A stretch of DNA of 64,000 nucleotides from Isurus oxyrinchus (lineage: Eukaryota). The translations under genes were made by a program, and so were the position numbers. This document shows, piece by piece, positions 51,291-64,000 of this stretch (position 1 is the stretch's first letter; each line of letters starts with the position of its first letter). Where the stretch lies: positions 109,740,001-109,804,000 of the forward strand of contig JANJGN010000007.1 in assembly GCA_026770705.1 (NCBI GenBank), read 5' to 3'. The notes under the pieces are model-generated. The model was not told the origin of the DNA. It saw nothing but the letters and a program-made list of their open reading frames with translations, and made no database searches.

Positions 51291-52908
51291 CCGAAGATAT
51301 ATGTCAAATACTTGGATGTGGAGCAGAAACCACGTCCCCTCACGCGCACACTCAACTTCCCATTCCAGATTGCAATCTCCACACTGAGGGCATTAAGGCG
51401 CTCCAAGCTGTGCGCAACGGACAACTCACATCAAATTAAATGCAACAATTTTCCACCAACTATACCAGGAAGTTCCCCAAAATGTTTTCATAATTCAATA
51501 ATCAAAAGTTACTTGACCATTAAAAATACACTTTGATATGAAGTCCAATACATTTGCAGGCATGCCTGATGAAAGAGATTGATTACCGGAGTTTACACTG
51601 TATTTTATGTAGTGTGACCTATGCCTCCATTGCGTCTTAAGGACATGCTATTTCGGCGCAGGGTTCTCCCGAAATCTCGCAATAACTGTGCCAAAAGATT
51701 GACGGATGCCCTACCATTTAGAGCATTTCTACAAGGATATGCAAATTTACAGCTACGGCAGGGGTTGACCATCGCACAGCAAAATTCAAACCCCAGCAGC
51801 ACAATTGTATACTTTCAGCTCAGCTGATAAGTTGTGCAGATCTGCAGCTAATCATTTGAGCAGGGGTCTGCCGATCAACCACGTAACATTTTCGGGATCC
51901 ATTAAATCCTGAGAATCATCGCAAAATTATCGTTAATGGGGGTGTCTGCATCTTAAATGGTTTCTGCAGGCATGCCATAAGAACAGTCTCTGGGTGCCGA
52001 TTGATCATTCCATTAGATCATGGCTGATCAGCACCTCAATACCAATTACCTGCCTAGCTCTGTATCCCTTGATATCGGTAACTAACACAAATCCGTCATC
52101 TCGGTCTTGAAGCCTCCGATTGTACAAGCATCCACAGCCTTTTCGGGAGCAGCATCAAGATTCTTAAGAGTTTTTGTGTGAAAAAACATGTTTCCTGGTT
52201 TCATTCCCGAATGCCTGGCTTAAATTTTAAAATGATATTGCTGTCTTTTGAGTTTTAACTTATGTAAGAAGCAAAGATGATCGTGGGAGCTCGAGTCGAA
52301 CTGAAGCGTTAACTCCGTTCTTAGGGAATCTGTAGCACTGCCGAGCTGACTGGCGATAGCGACATGGGACTATGCTCAAAACAAAAACAGAATTACCTGG
52401 AAAAACTCAGCAGGTCTGGCAGCATCGGCGGAGAAGAAAAGAGTTGACGTTTCAAGTCCTCGTGACCCTTCGACAGAACTTGAGATCGAGTCCAGGAAAG
52501 AGTTGAAATATAAGCTGATTTAAGGTGTGTGTGTGTGTGTGTGTGTGGTGGGGGGGGGGGGGGGGGGGGGGTGCGGAGAGAGAGAGAGAGAGAGAGAGAA
52601 GTGGAGGGGGTGGTGTGGTTGTAGGGACAAACAAGCAGTGATAGAAGCATATCATCAAAAGGTGTCAACAACAATAGCACAAAAGAACATATAGGTGTTA
52701 AAGTTGGTGATATTATCTAAACGAATGTGCTAATTAAGAATGGATGGGAGGGCACTCAAGGTATAGCTCTAGTGGGAGTGGGGAGAGCATAAAGGATTTT
52801 AAGATATTTAAAAATAATGGAAATAGGTGGGAAAAGAAAAATCTATATAATCTATTGGAAAAAAAAGGAAGGGGGAAACAGAAACGGGGTGGGGATGGGG
52901 GAGGGAGC

Positions 52909-54659
52909 TCACGACCTAAAGTTGTTGAATTCAATATTCAGTCCAGAAGGCTGTAAAGTGCCTAGTCGAAAGATGAGGTGTTGTTCCTCCAGTTTGCGTT
53001 GGGCTTCACTAGAACAATGCAGCAAGCCAAGGACAGACATGTGGGCAAGAGAGCAGGGTGAAGTGTTAAAATGGCAAGTGACAGGGAGGTTTGGGTCATT
53101 CTTGCGGACAGACCGCAGATGTTCTGCAAAGCGGTCGCCCAGTTTACGTTTGGTCTCTCCAATGTAGAGGAGACCACATTGGGAGCAACAAATGCAGTAG
53201 ACTAAGTTGGGGGAAATGCAAGTGAAATGCTGCTTCACTTGAAAGGACTATTTGGGCCCTTGGACGGTGAGGAGAGAGGAAATGAAGGGGCAGGTATTGC
53301 ATCTTTTGCGTGGGCATGGGGTGGTGCCATAGGAGGGGATTGAGGAGTACGGGGTGATGGAGGAGTGGACCAGGGTGTCCCGGAGGGAGCGATCCCTACG
53401 GAATGCCGACAGGGGGGTGGTGAAGGGAAGATGTGTTTGGTGGTGGCATCATGCTGGAGTTGGCGGAAATGGCATAGGATGATCCTTTGAATGCGGAGGC
53501 TGGTGGGGTGATAAGTGAGGACAAGAGGGACCCTATCATGTTTCTGGGAGGGAGGAGAAGGCATGAGGGCGGATGCACGGGAGATGGGCCGGACACGGTT
53601 GAGGGCCCTGTCAATGACCGTGGGCGGAAAACCTCGGTTAAGGAAGAAGGAGGAAATGTCAGAGGAACGGTTTTTGAAGGTGGCATCATCGGAAGAGATG
53701 CGACGCAGGCAAAGGAACTGAGAGAATGGGATGGAGTCCTTAGAGGAAGCGGGGTGTAAGGAGCTGTAGTTGAGGTAGCTGTGGGAGTCGGTGGGTTTGT
53801 AATGGATATTGGTGGACAGTCTATCACCAGAGATTGAGACAGAGAGGTCATGGAAGGGAAGGGAAGTGTCAGAGATGGACCACGTGAAACTGATGGAGGG
53901 GTGGATATTGGAAGCAAAATTAATTATTTTTTCCAAGTCCCGACGAGAGCATGAAGCGGCACCGAAGTAATCATCGATGTACCGGTGAAAGAGTTGTGGA
54001 AGGGGGCCGGAGTAGGACTGGAACAAGGAATGTTCCACATAGACCATAAAGAGACAGGCATAGCTGGGGCCCATACGGGTAGCCATAGCCACACCTTTTA
54101 TTTGGAGGAAGTGAGAGGAGTTGAAGGAGAAATTGTTCAGTGTGAGAACAAGTTCAGCCAGACGGAGGAGAGTAGTGGTGGATGGGGATTGTTCGGGCCT
54201 CTGTTCGAGGAAGAAGCTAAGGGCCCTCAGACCATCCCGGTAGGGCATGGAGGTGTAGAGGGATTGGACGTCCATGGTGAAGAGGAAGCGGTTGGGGCCA
54301 GGGAACTGGAATTTGTTGATATGACGTAAGGTGTCAGAGGAATCACGGATGTAGGTGGGAAGGGACTGGACAAGTGGAGAGAGAAGGGAGTCAAGATAAC
54401 GAGAAATTAGTTCTGTGGGGCAGAAGCAAGCTGAGATGATCAGTCTACCGGGGCAGTTCTGTTTGTGGATATTGGGTAGGAGATAGAAGCGGGCCATCTG
54501 AGGTTGTGAGACTATCAGTTTGGAAGCTGTGGCAGGAAGATCCCCAGAGGAGATGAGGTCAGTGACAGTCCTGGAAACAATGGCTTGATGTTCAGTGGTG
54601 GGGTCATGGTCCAGGGAGAGGTAGGAGGAAGTGTCTGCGAGTTGACGCTCAGCCTCCAT
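52909..54659 (-). pseudogene. Penelope RT plus GIY-YIG endonuclease ORF, 5'-truncated and frameshifted near 53415
   Basis: RT motifs TMDVQSLYT, GVAMATRMGPSYA, RYIDD; GIY-YIG NLVYCICCSQCGLLYIGET..R..EH; upstream IKPADKG at about 54700. Confidence 0.93.
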
Positions 54660-55142
54660 GAGGTAGAGGTCAGTGCACCAAGAGCAACAGGAGCACCACC
54701 CTTGTCAGCGGGTTTGATGACAATGTCAGGGTTGGACCTGAGAGAATGGAGTGCAGTAAGTTCAGAGAGTGAAAGGTTAGAATGGGTGGGAGGGGCCCAT
54801 CTCCCGCGCATCTGCCCAAACGCCTTCTCCTCCTTCCCAGAAACATGATAGGGTGCCCCTTGTCCTCACTTATCACCCCACCAGCCTCCGCATTCAAAGG
54901 ATCATCCTCCGTCATTTCCGCCAACACCAGCATGATGCCACCACCAAACACATCTTCCCTTCACCCCCTCTATCGGCATTCCATAGGGATCGCTCCCTCC
55001 GGGACACCCTCGTCCACTCCTCCATCACCCCCTACTCCTCAACCCCCTCCTTGGCACCACCCCATGCCCACGCAAAAGATGCAACACCTGCCCCTTCACT
55101 TCCTCTCTCCTCACCATCCAAGGGCCCAAACACTCCTTTCAA

Positions 55143-55472
55143 GTGAAGCAGCATTTCACTTGCATTTCCCCCAACTTAGTCTACTGCATTTGTTGCTCCC
55201 AATATGGTCTCCTCTACATTGGAGAGACCAAACGTACACTGGGCGACCGCTTTGCAGAACATCTGCGGTCTGTCCACAAGAATGACCCAAACCTCCATGT
55301 CACTTGCCATTTTAACATTCCACCCTGCTCTCTTGCCCACATGTCTGTCCTTGGCTTGCTGCATTGTTCCAGTGAAGCCCAACGCAAACTGGAGGAACAA
55401 CACCTCATCTTCCGACTAGGCACTTTACAGCCTTCCGGACTGAATATTGAATTCAACAACTTTAGGTCGTGA
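55143..55472 (+). pseudogene. Second (inverted) copy of the Penelope GIY-YIG domain
   Basis: Differs at 6 of 109 aa from 52909-53238. Confidence 0.9.
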
Positions 55473-55892
55473 GCTCCCTCCCCCATCCCCACCCCGTTTC
55501 TGTTTCCCCCTTCCTTTTTTTTCCAATAGATTATATAGATTTTTCTTTTTCCACCTATTTCCATTATTTTTAAATATCTTAAAATCCTTTATGCTCTCCC
55601 CACCCCCACTAGAGCTATACCTTGAGCGCCCTACCATCCATTCTTAATTAGCACATTCGTTTAGATAATATCACCAACTTTAACACCTATGTGTTCTTTT
55701 GTTCTATTGTTGTTGACATCTTTTGATGATCTGCTTCTATCACTGCTTGTTTGTCCCTACAACCACACGCCCTCCCCCTCCACTTCTCTCTCTCTCTCCC
55801 TCTCCGCCCCCCCCCCCCCCACCCCCCCCCCCCCCCCCCCGAACACACCTTAAACCAGCTTATATTTCAACTCTTTCCTGGACTCGAACTCA

Positions 55893-55931
55893 AGTTCTGT
55901 CGAAGGGTCACGAGGACTCGAAACATCAACT
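55893..55931 (+). ncRNA. Minimal hammerhead-like motif (CUGUCGA core) in Penelope terminus; mirror copy at 52441-52482 on - strand
   Basis: AGTT-CTGTCGA-A-GGGTC ACGAG GACTC-GAAA-CATC-AACT; the mirror copy retains GAAACGTC. Confidence 0.5.
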
Positions 55932-56464
55932 CTTTTCTTCTCCGCTGATGCTCCCAGACCTGCTGAGTTTTTCCAGGTAATTCTGTTTTTCTTTTGGATT
56001 TGCAGCATCCGCAGTTTTTTTTGTTTTTATGGACTATGCTCAATACTGAGGAAGAATATCATAAATGTTAGAAGACATTAATAGTCTTGCAGAATGCCTG
56101 TCCAATTGGTAATTGAATTTCAGTATAGTTGAGTGCGACTTAGTGTATTTCAGTAGCAAGAATAAGGGGATCTTATACTGCTTGCATAGTAAGAGCTTAA
56201 ATGGGGTAGAGTGACAAAAGGCTCTAGGGCTATAAACCACAAATCACGAGATGTATTACTGGAGGCTAAGGCAAGCATTGGAGTTAATATTTCAAGGAAC
56301 AGAATTAAAAGGCAGAGTGGTAATGTCAAACTCCGATGAAAAAGGGAGAAAATGCTGGGAAACATCTCAGCAAGTTGGTATCATCTGTGGAGGGAGAAAC
56401 AGGCATAACTTTTCATGTCCAATATGAAACTTCTGAAGAATAGTTTGTTAAATTTGTAATTTTT

Positions 56465-58200
56465 TTAATTCATTTACAGGATGTGGGCTTTGCTGGCTGG
56501 GCCAGCACTTATTGCCCATCTCTAGTTGCCATTGAGAAGGTAATGCTGAGCTGCCTTCTTGAGCCGCTGCAGTCCATGTGGTGTAGGTACACCGACAGTG
56601 CTGTTAGGAAGGGAGTTTCATGATTTTGACCTAGCGACAATGAAGGAACCGCAATATATTTCAAAGTCAGAATGGCAAGTGACTTGATGGGGAACTTCCA
56701 GGTGGCGGTGTTCCCATCTATCTGCTGCCCTTGTCCTCCTAGGTGGTAGTGGTCGTGGTTTGGAAGGTGCTGTCTGAGGACCCTTGGTGAATTCTTGCAG
56801 TGCATCTTGTAGATGGTACACACTGCTGCTACTCTGCGTCGGTGGTGGAGGGAGTGAATATTTGTGCATGTAGTGCTAATCAAGTGGACTGCTTTGTTTA
56901 GGATGGTGCCCACCTTCTTCAGTGTTGTAGGAGCTGCACTCACCCAGGCAATTAGGGAATATTCCATCAGATTCCTGTCCTGTGCCTTGTAGATGGTGGA
57001 CAGTCTTTGGAGAGTCAGGAGGTGAGTTATTCATCACACGATTCCTAGCCTCTGACCTGCTCTTGTAGCCACAGTATTTATATGCCAAGTCCAGTTCAGT
57101 TTCTGATCAATCGTAACCCCCAGAATGTTGATAGTGGGGAATTCAATGATGGTAATGTCATTGAACACCATGGGGCGATGGTTGGATTTTCTCTTGTTAG
57201 AGATGGTCATTGCCTGACACTTGTGAGGCACGAAAGTTACTTGCCACTTGTCAGCTCAAGCCTGGATATTGTCCAGGTCTCGCTGCATTTAGACATGGAC
57301 TGCTTCACTATTTCAGGAGCCACGAATGGTGCAGAACATTGTGCAATGATCAGCGAACACCCCGACTTCTGACCTTATGATGGAAGGAAGGGCATTGATG
57401 AAGCAGCTGAAGATGGCTGGGCCAAGGACACTACCCTGAGGAAGTCCTGCAGTGATGTCCTGGAGCTGAGATGACTGACCTCCAACAACCACAACCGTCT
57501 TCCTTTGTGCTAAGCATGACTCCAACCAGCGGAGAGTAACCCCCCCCCCCCACCCCCCGGCCCAACCCCACTGATTCCCATTGACTCCAGTTTTGCTTGG
57601 GCTCCTTGATGCCACACACAGAGTCAAATCGGACTTGATGTCAAGGGCAGCCACATTCACCTCACCTGCTTCAATGAGCCAGCCATATAAATACTGTGGC
57701 AATGATAGCAGGTCAGAGGCTGGGGAATCTACGGAGAGTAACTCACCTCCTGACTCCCCAAAGCCTGCCCACCGCCTACAAGGCACAAGTCAGGAGCATG
57801 ATGGAATACTCTCCATTTGCCAGGAGGAGTGCAAGTTCAACACACTCAAGAAGCTTGGCACCAACCATGACAAAGCAGACCACTTAATTTGTACCCCAAG
57901 CACCACCATCAACATAACTTCCTCCACCACCGACAGTGGCAGCAGTGCGTACCGTCTACAATATGCATTGCAGCAACTCACCAAAGCTCCTTTGACAGCA
58001 CCTTTCAAATCCACAACTTCTACAACCTCGAAGGTCAGGGGCAGCAGATGTATGGGAGCACCGCCACCTGCTTATTCCCCTCTAAGACACACACCATCCT
58101 AACTTGGAACTATATCATCATCTCTTCACTGTCGCTGGATCAAAATCCTTCCTAACAACACAGCGGATGTGCATACACCACATGGACTGCAGTAGTTCAA
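56465..58200. mobile_element. Head-to-head LINE fragments (minus 56465-57670, plus 57675-58200), paralogue of 3216-4923
   Basis: GLPQGSVLGPAIFSCFIN, FADHCT, ILGVTIDQKLNW. Confidence 0.9.
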
Positions 58201-59779
58201 GAGAGCTAATCGGTATTTATGAAATTATGAAAGGGTTTGATAGGATAGTCCTGGAGAAAATTCTGAGGCAGTGCAAAACTAGAGGGCAGAAACATAAGAA
58301 AGCTATGAAAAAAATCTAATAGGAAATTCAAGAACTTAACAGTTAAAGAATTGTAAGAATGTAAATGGTATTAGAAGAAGTAGTTGTGGTGAATCTCATG
58401 GAGACATTGAAAGGGAAAGCTTGATAAGTATATGAGGGAGAAAGTAATAGAAAGATATGCTGATATGGATGATGAAGCGAGAAAGGATAGGACTCAGGGG
58501 AGCAAGAATGTCAGTGGAGAGCAGTTTTGTGCTGTCTACTGTGTATACTTCTATGCAATGTGAAACAGAACATAGAGGAAACATTTAGTGGCTTGATCAA
58601 CATCAACCAAGTGAAACGATAGGTTAATGGTTCAGTCATAATCCCTCATTCGGACTGGAAAAATAAAGTGGATGATGCAAATAACAAGTTATATTTTTTT
58701 AACCCCTTTAAAGTAGAGAAACATGTTTCCCAAAGTCTAACCAAAAAGAAAAATGCACCCAGTAAAAGAAAGATGCATTTTATTTTATTCCTTCACAGAG
58801 TATGTACATCGCCAGCTGGACCAATATTTATTGCTCATTCCTAATTGTCCTAGAGTACGTCGTGGTGAGCCACCTTCTTGAATCGCTGCAGTCCATGTGA
58901 TATATGTACACTCACAGTGCTGTTAGGCAAGAGGAGCCAAATGTTTGATCAAAGAGGCGGCTATCAAAGACAATTCTAATTGACGAGCAGGAATACAGAA
59001 GCAGAGAAGTTTAGAGAGAGACTTTTAGAGCATGGAGTCTGGGCAACAGTGGACAAAGAGATGCATAATCTATTACATTCCACAGATAAGGAAATGAAGA
59101 GATAGGGGAGTTGTTAGCTGGTGAGGTTACTGAGATTGGGAAGGCCAAGGTCATGTAGGGCTTTAAATTAGGATGGGAATTAAAAATTTCCGGTAGTGGG
59201 GAGGTGAGATCCTATATAGGTCAGCCAGGTTATGGATGAGGGGGATACAGAGTTTGGTGTGGGATAGGATATGGGGAGCAGAGTCTTCGATGAGCAGAAG
59301 TAATTTGCATGTCAAGGTTGGTGAGGCAGAGTGGGGAAGGGGAGATAGCTAAGACTACATTCGTGTAATTGGATCAATCGTGACCACACGTAGTGGTGTA
59401 AGTGGGTTGGCAACTTCATTTTCATTTTTCGGGATCTTTATTTGCATTAACTTCCATTGATCAATAAAGTAGGGACAACTGTTTCAGCTGCAAATTGTTA
59501 AGATAGGGTGAAGACGGAAGATATTACAAAGGTAGAGATAGGCACTGTGTACAGTGAAGTGGGTCTGGGGTTACCATCACAGTTACCATTATTTACCATC
59601 ATCATTTGTGAATTTTATTCGAGTTACTTTGGTTCTATGGTAGGGCAGAAAAGTGACTGGATAGATTAAAACAGCGTTGTAGACAAGATTGGCATAGAAC
59701 AAAGGGAGGAGTGAGGCAAAAGTTGATATCCTGTGTGAGCAATGTATTTCCATTCAAATATTTCACCATTCACAAACTA

Positions 59780-60220
59780 TATATGCATGTGAATGTGTGC
59801 GTGTGTATATTTGTGCATATGTATTTATGTGTGTTTGTGTGTGAGTGCATGTGCATTTGTCTATATATGTGTGTGTGTGTATTTGGGGAAGATGTATATG
59901 TGTACCTGTATTTGGGGGAGATGTGTATCTGCATATTTGTGGGAAGTGTGTGCGTGTGTGTATATTTCGGGGAGGGGTGTGTGTGTGCCTCGTGAGAGCG
60001 CATCTGTGTGTATCTGAGGGAGGCGGGTGAGTGTGTAAGTGTGTGTGTTTATTTGGAGGTGCCAGATGTGTGTGTGTGTGTGAGTATTTGCACTTCGGGG
60101 AGGTGTGTGTTTGTGTGTGCGTATTTGCGGAGGCGTGTGTGTCTGTCTTGTGTGTGTGGGTGTGTGTGTGTGTGTATTTAGGGAGGTGTGTGTGTGTGCA
60201 TGTATGTGCGTGTACTTGCC
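59780..60220. repeat. Degenerate (TG)n microsatellite (paralogue of 6560-7030)
   Basis: Direct inspection. Confidence 0.95.
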
Positions 60221-60349
60221 TGCACTCCAACAATGTCTATACTTCAGTGACTGTAAAATGCTTTGGGATGTTAGAGATTTTGAAAGGCATTATATTTATG
60301 CAAGCCTTTCCTTATTTTTAGATGTGTGCGTGAATGTCATAGCGTCATT

Positions 60350-61800
60350 ACGGCAATCCAATCAGTCCAATTCCCCTGCTCTATCTCCGTAACCCTGCTA
60401 ATTTAATTCCTTCAAGTATCCCTCCAATCTCCTTTTGAAATAATTGATCATCTCCGCTTCCACCACCCAAGTGCACAGCAAATTGCAGGCAATTACAATT
60501 TGCTGCACTGTAAAGCTCTTCCCCGGCATCGCTTGCCAAAATCTTCAATCCGTGTCCCTTAGCCTTTGTGCGGTCAACTAATAGGAACAGCTTTTTTTTT
60601 GTCTATTTTATCTAAACCTATCATACCTTGTACACCTCTATGAAATCTCTCTTTAATCACCATTTATCCAAGGAGAACAACTCCAGCTTCTCCAACCTGA
60701 CTTTATAGCTAAAACTCCGCATCTGTGGAATCTTTTGGACAAATCTCCTTTGCATCCTCACAAGGATCAACGATCCTTCTGAAAGGAGAGCTTTAAAATG
60801 GTCCAGCATAATTTCCTTGATTTTGTGCTCAATACCCCTTTTTATGATGCCCAAGGTCTCATATACTCTGCAAACAACTCTCTACATATGTCCTGCCTCT
60901 TTCAAAGGTTTTGCACACGAAAACTCAGGTACCTCTGTCCCTGCTTACTTTTTAGAACTTAGCCATTAAGTCTATATTGGCTCTCCCTCTCCTTTCTACT
61001 AAAATGCACCACCTCGCACCCCTGTATTAAATTATTACTGTCATTTGTCCACCCACTATGACAGCCTATCTATGTCCCGTTGCAGTTCATTCGTATTATC
61101 CCCACTGTCTGCCAAACTTCCAAGTTTGGTGCCGTCGAATCATTTTGTCACTTCGCTTTGCATTCCAATATCCAGGTCATTTATTTATATCAAAGAAAAA
61201 CAGTGGACACAGCACCGACGCCTAGGGAACACTACTGTCTACTATCCCCTGATCTGAAAAAACAAGTTATCGTGATTCGTTAATATTTTTCCTTAAGCCA
61301 AATTTTTATCCAGGCTGATACTGACCCTCCTATTCCATGAACCTCAATTTTGGTAGCCAACCTTTTATGCCGTATTTTGTCAGATGCTTTCTTAAAATCT
61401 ATGTAAACAACTTCCATTACATTGCATTCATGAACATTCTCTGTTACTTCATCAAAAAGCAATCTATTACATTTATCAAGCCTGATCTGCTTCCTACAAA
61501 TCTGTTCTGGATCACATCAATTAACTTAAACTTCTCCAAGTGCCTGGTGGTTTTTCTTTGATTATTGTTTCTAACACCTCACTTACTGCTAATGTTAAAC
61601 GACCAGCGTCTAGTTATTAGGAATTCCCTTATACCCTTGCTTGAATAACGGTATCACATTTGCTACTCATCAATCCTTTGGCACCTCCCATGTATCTAGG
61701 GAAGATTAGAAAATTATGGCAAGCCCTTCTACCATCTGCACTTCCGCTTCCTTCAGCAATGTGGCGAACAAATCATTCAGACCAAGTAACTTTAGCATAA
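60350..61800 (-). mobile_element. Degenerate CR1 LINE (paralogue of 7165-8600)
   Basis: VYIDFKKASDKIRHKRL, RLEKLELFSL. Confidence 0.9.
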
Positions 61801-62878
61801 ACAGCATTTAAATTACACACTGCCTATCAATTTTCACCCAATTTATTCTCTCTGCCATCTCCACTTCTGTAAATGCCTTGTCAACATCCTTTCCCTTTTA
61901 AATATCCAGCAAAGTTATTCATTAAATATTCCAGTCTTGCACTACGCCACTTTGCCCCGAATAGGCCCCACACCGTCTCTACTATCAGCTTACTACTTAT
62001 AGGCCAGTATAAGAGCTTTGAGTGTTCTTCTCTGATAACTGCCTTTCAATTCTTAAGCTCTCTATTTGCCAGTTTTATTTGCCTCTTCACCTCTCTTCTC
62101 AATTTATTGAATTTGATATGTGTACATCTGTCTATGTCTGCATGTTAATAGCTGTATGTGTATGCATGTGTGTATATGTATGCATACTGTATGTATATAT
62201 GTGTATCTTTGTGTACTGCTTTGTATGTATGCCAGTGAATGTATGTGCATAACTACTGCCAATTCCCATTCATTCATCACCCCATGCTCGTTGATCCACA
62301 GTGACTCCAGATCCACCAATGCCTTCATTTAAAATTCTCATCTGTGTTTTCAAATCCCTCCTGGATCTTGTTCCTCATCCAATTCTGGACTCTTGTCCAT
62401 CCCCAATTTTCATCACTCGACCTTGCTGTGTAGGCCCAAGCTCTGGGACTCCATCCCAAAACAAATCTGTCTCTTTCCCCACCTTTAAAGCCTGCCTCTT
62501 TGACCAAGCTGTTGGTTACCAGTATCTTGCATTGCCTAGTGTTAAAATCTGTTCGATAATGTTCCCTGTGAAGCGCCAACTGATACTTTACTATTTGAAG
62601 ATGCTATATAATTGCGGGTTATTGTTGCATACGTGTGTATATATTCGTGTGTGTCTGTGTGGCTGTCATTATAGCTCTCCTCACCACCACCCCCTCGCCA
62701 CCCCTCCCACAACACCTTCCATTCTTTATGTTCTTTTTTAAATACATTTTCCTATGTGTAATTTATTCAATTCTGATGAAAGTTCCTTGCCACAGAGGCA
62801 TCTATTTTGATGTTGTTTTAATACGCGATTGCTATTGCTCAAGCGTGAGCTTTGCAACTTATCTATAAAAAGACTTAT

Positions 62879-63041
62879 CTTGTAGCTGGTTTCTTCATTT
62901 ACCTAAGCATTGCAATCACTGGCAGAATAGAACTACACGGCGATTCTGCTAATGGTATAATGGAAACACTTGTGGTTGAAAATTGCACCCCATCTCAGGA
63001 CGTGCAGGTTACACAGTCCTTGCAGTATTTCCTTTGATGTT
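62879..63041 (-). pseudogene. Possible stalk/TM exon remnant, copy B
   Basis: Paralogue of 9682-9844 with the same dead donor and stops. Confidence 0.28.
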
Positions 63042-64000
63042 CTGAATTTAGGAAATGTATTTCAAACGCCGCATCTCTCAATCAAGCATTTCTATAGATG
63101 TTCTCTCAAGTCGATGTTTAGCGATTCCCGGCTTGTTAACTCTGACAAATACAATGCGAAGCAACCAACCAAATCATCAATAGTGTTCTGTCCGAACAGG
63201 CGTCGCTGGCTCATTCTTTGCCTTGACCTGCTTTGCCATCTCCTTCTATTTCCAGGGGCAGGGCGAGGACTTAGTTCTAAAGAGTCATACATTGGTCTTG
63301 AAACGTTGCCAGACCTGCTGAGTTTTTCCAGCAATTCCTGAGTTTCCTTAACGGGAATCGAACCCATGCTGCTGGCGTTATTTTGAATTCTACACGAGCT
63401 TGCTAACCAACTAAGCTGATCGGTTAATAGTAACTGTCAAACATAAGTAACTTTAGAGATGTGCAGCTTTTTCTGAGGCCTCCATATATTTTATGATTTA
63501 ATAATTTATGATTTGTTTTCGCAGCAATCGCTATAAAAATGAAAGGGTCCGGAAAATGTTTTAGTGGTCCAATGTTTTAGCGTATATATCTGAAGGGAAA
63601 TATGGTCTTGTGGTAGAAAATCGTGCAGTAAAATTCACGAAAGAAAATAGAAGAGCTTGTATTCACGTAGCGCATTTCTCGACCCCTTGAGGCCTCAAAA
63701 CGCTTTACGGCCAATTGAGTACTTTTTGACATGTTGTCGCTGTTATAATATAGGACACGTGGCAGACATGCCGCACACAACAAAGTCCCACAAACAGAAA
63801 CATTATAATGAGCAGATAATCTCTTTCAGTGGTGTTGGCAGAGGGGTGAATATTGGCCAGGATGCAAGCAACATATTGCAGAGTCGTGTTAAACTTCTTA
63901 TATGCATGTATAATGAATTTCACAACAGCACATTGGCTTGTTAAGGTGCTCATTGAAATAGAGCAAATTTCACATGAATATTTGTCAGGGCACAAGAAAC

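Larger units (their letters stand above)
52380..56030. mobile_element. Penelope-like retroelement insertion with inverted arms and 13-bp TSD
   Basis: TSD GGACTATGCTCAA at 52367-52379 and 56031-56043; empty site in copy A at about 2785-2795; - strand arm 52380 to about 54790 and + strand arm about 54795-56030 both end in the element 3' tail. Confidence 0.95.
49606..64000 (+). repeat. Segmental duplication copy B (runs off the window end)
   Basis: Colinear with 1-10758 apart from the Penelope insertion and small indels. Confidence 0.97.

Noticed and set aside
1-64000. CRISPR arrays, rRNA, operons
   Set aside because: No regularly spaced repeats or rRNA similarity seen; the sequence is intron- and retroelement-rich eukaryotic DNA.

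Overview
Repeat-rich vertebrate genomic DNA, most likely a cartilaginous fish, inferred from its CR1 LINEs, Deu-domain/tRNA SINEs and Penelope elements. No prokaryotic features. Hidden among the repeats is a cluster of non-rearranging immunoglobulin-superfamily receptor genes that the ORF track only partly shows. (1) A six-exon + strand gene (17067-25976) encodes leader, germline-joined VJ-type IgV, IgC1, uncharged GxxxG TM and a cytoplasmic tail whose two tyrosine motifs are cut off by a 1-nt frameshift. (2) Head-to-head with it, ATGs about 275 bp apart across a promoter with EICE, E-box and ETS motifs, is a degenerate NKp30/NCR3-like gene on the - strand (leader, VJ exon, possible Arg-TM exon, ITIM exon). 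(3) Two downstream tandem pseudogene paralogues (36.7-38.7 kb, 44.8-47.5 kb) have the same leader-VJ-C1-TM layout but an Arg in the TM, as in activating receptors. Bases 1-10.76 kb are duplicated at 49.6-64 kb. The second copy carries a 3.65-kb inverted-arm Penelope insertion with a 13-bp TSD, and a 0.3-kb palindromic miniature of the same element sits at 15.8 kb. Both carry a variant minimal hammerhead motif. All exon models were derived by eye from splice sites and translation, with no database search; repeat boundaries are approximate.
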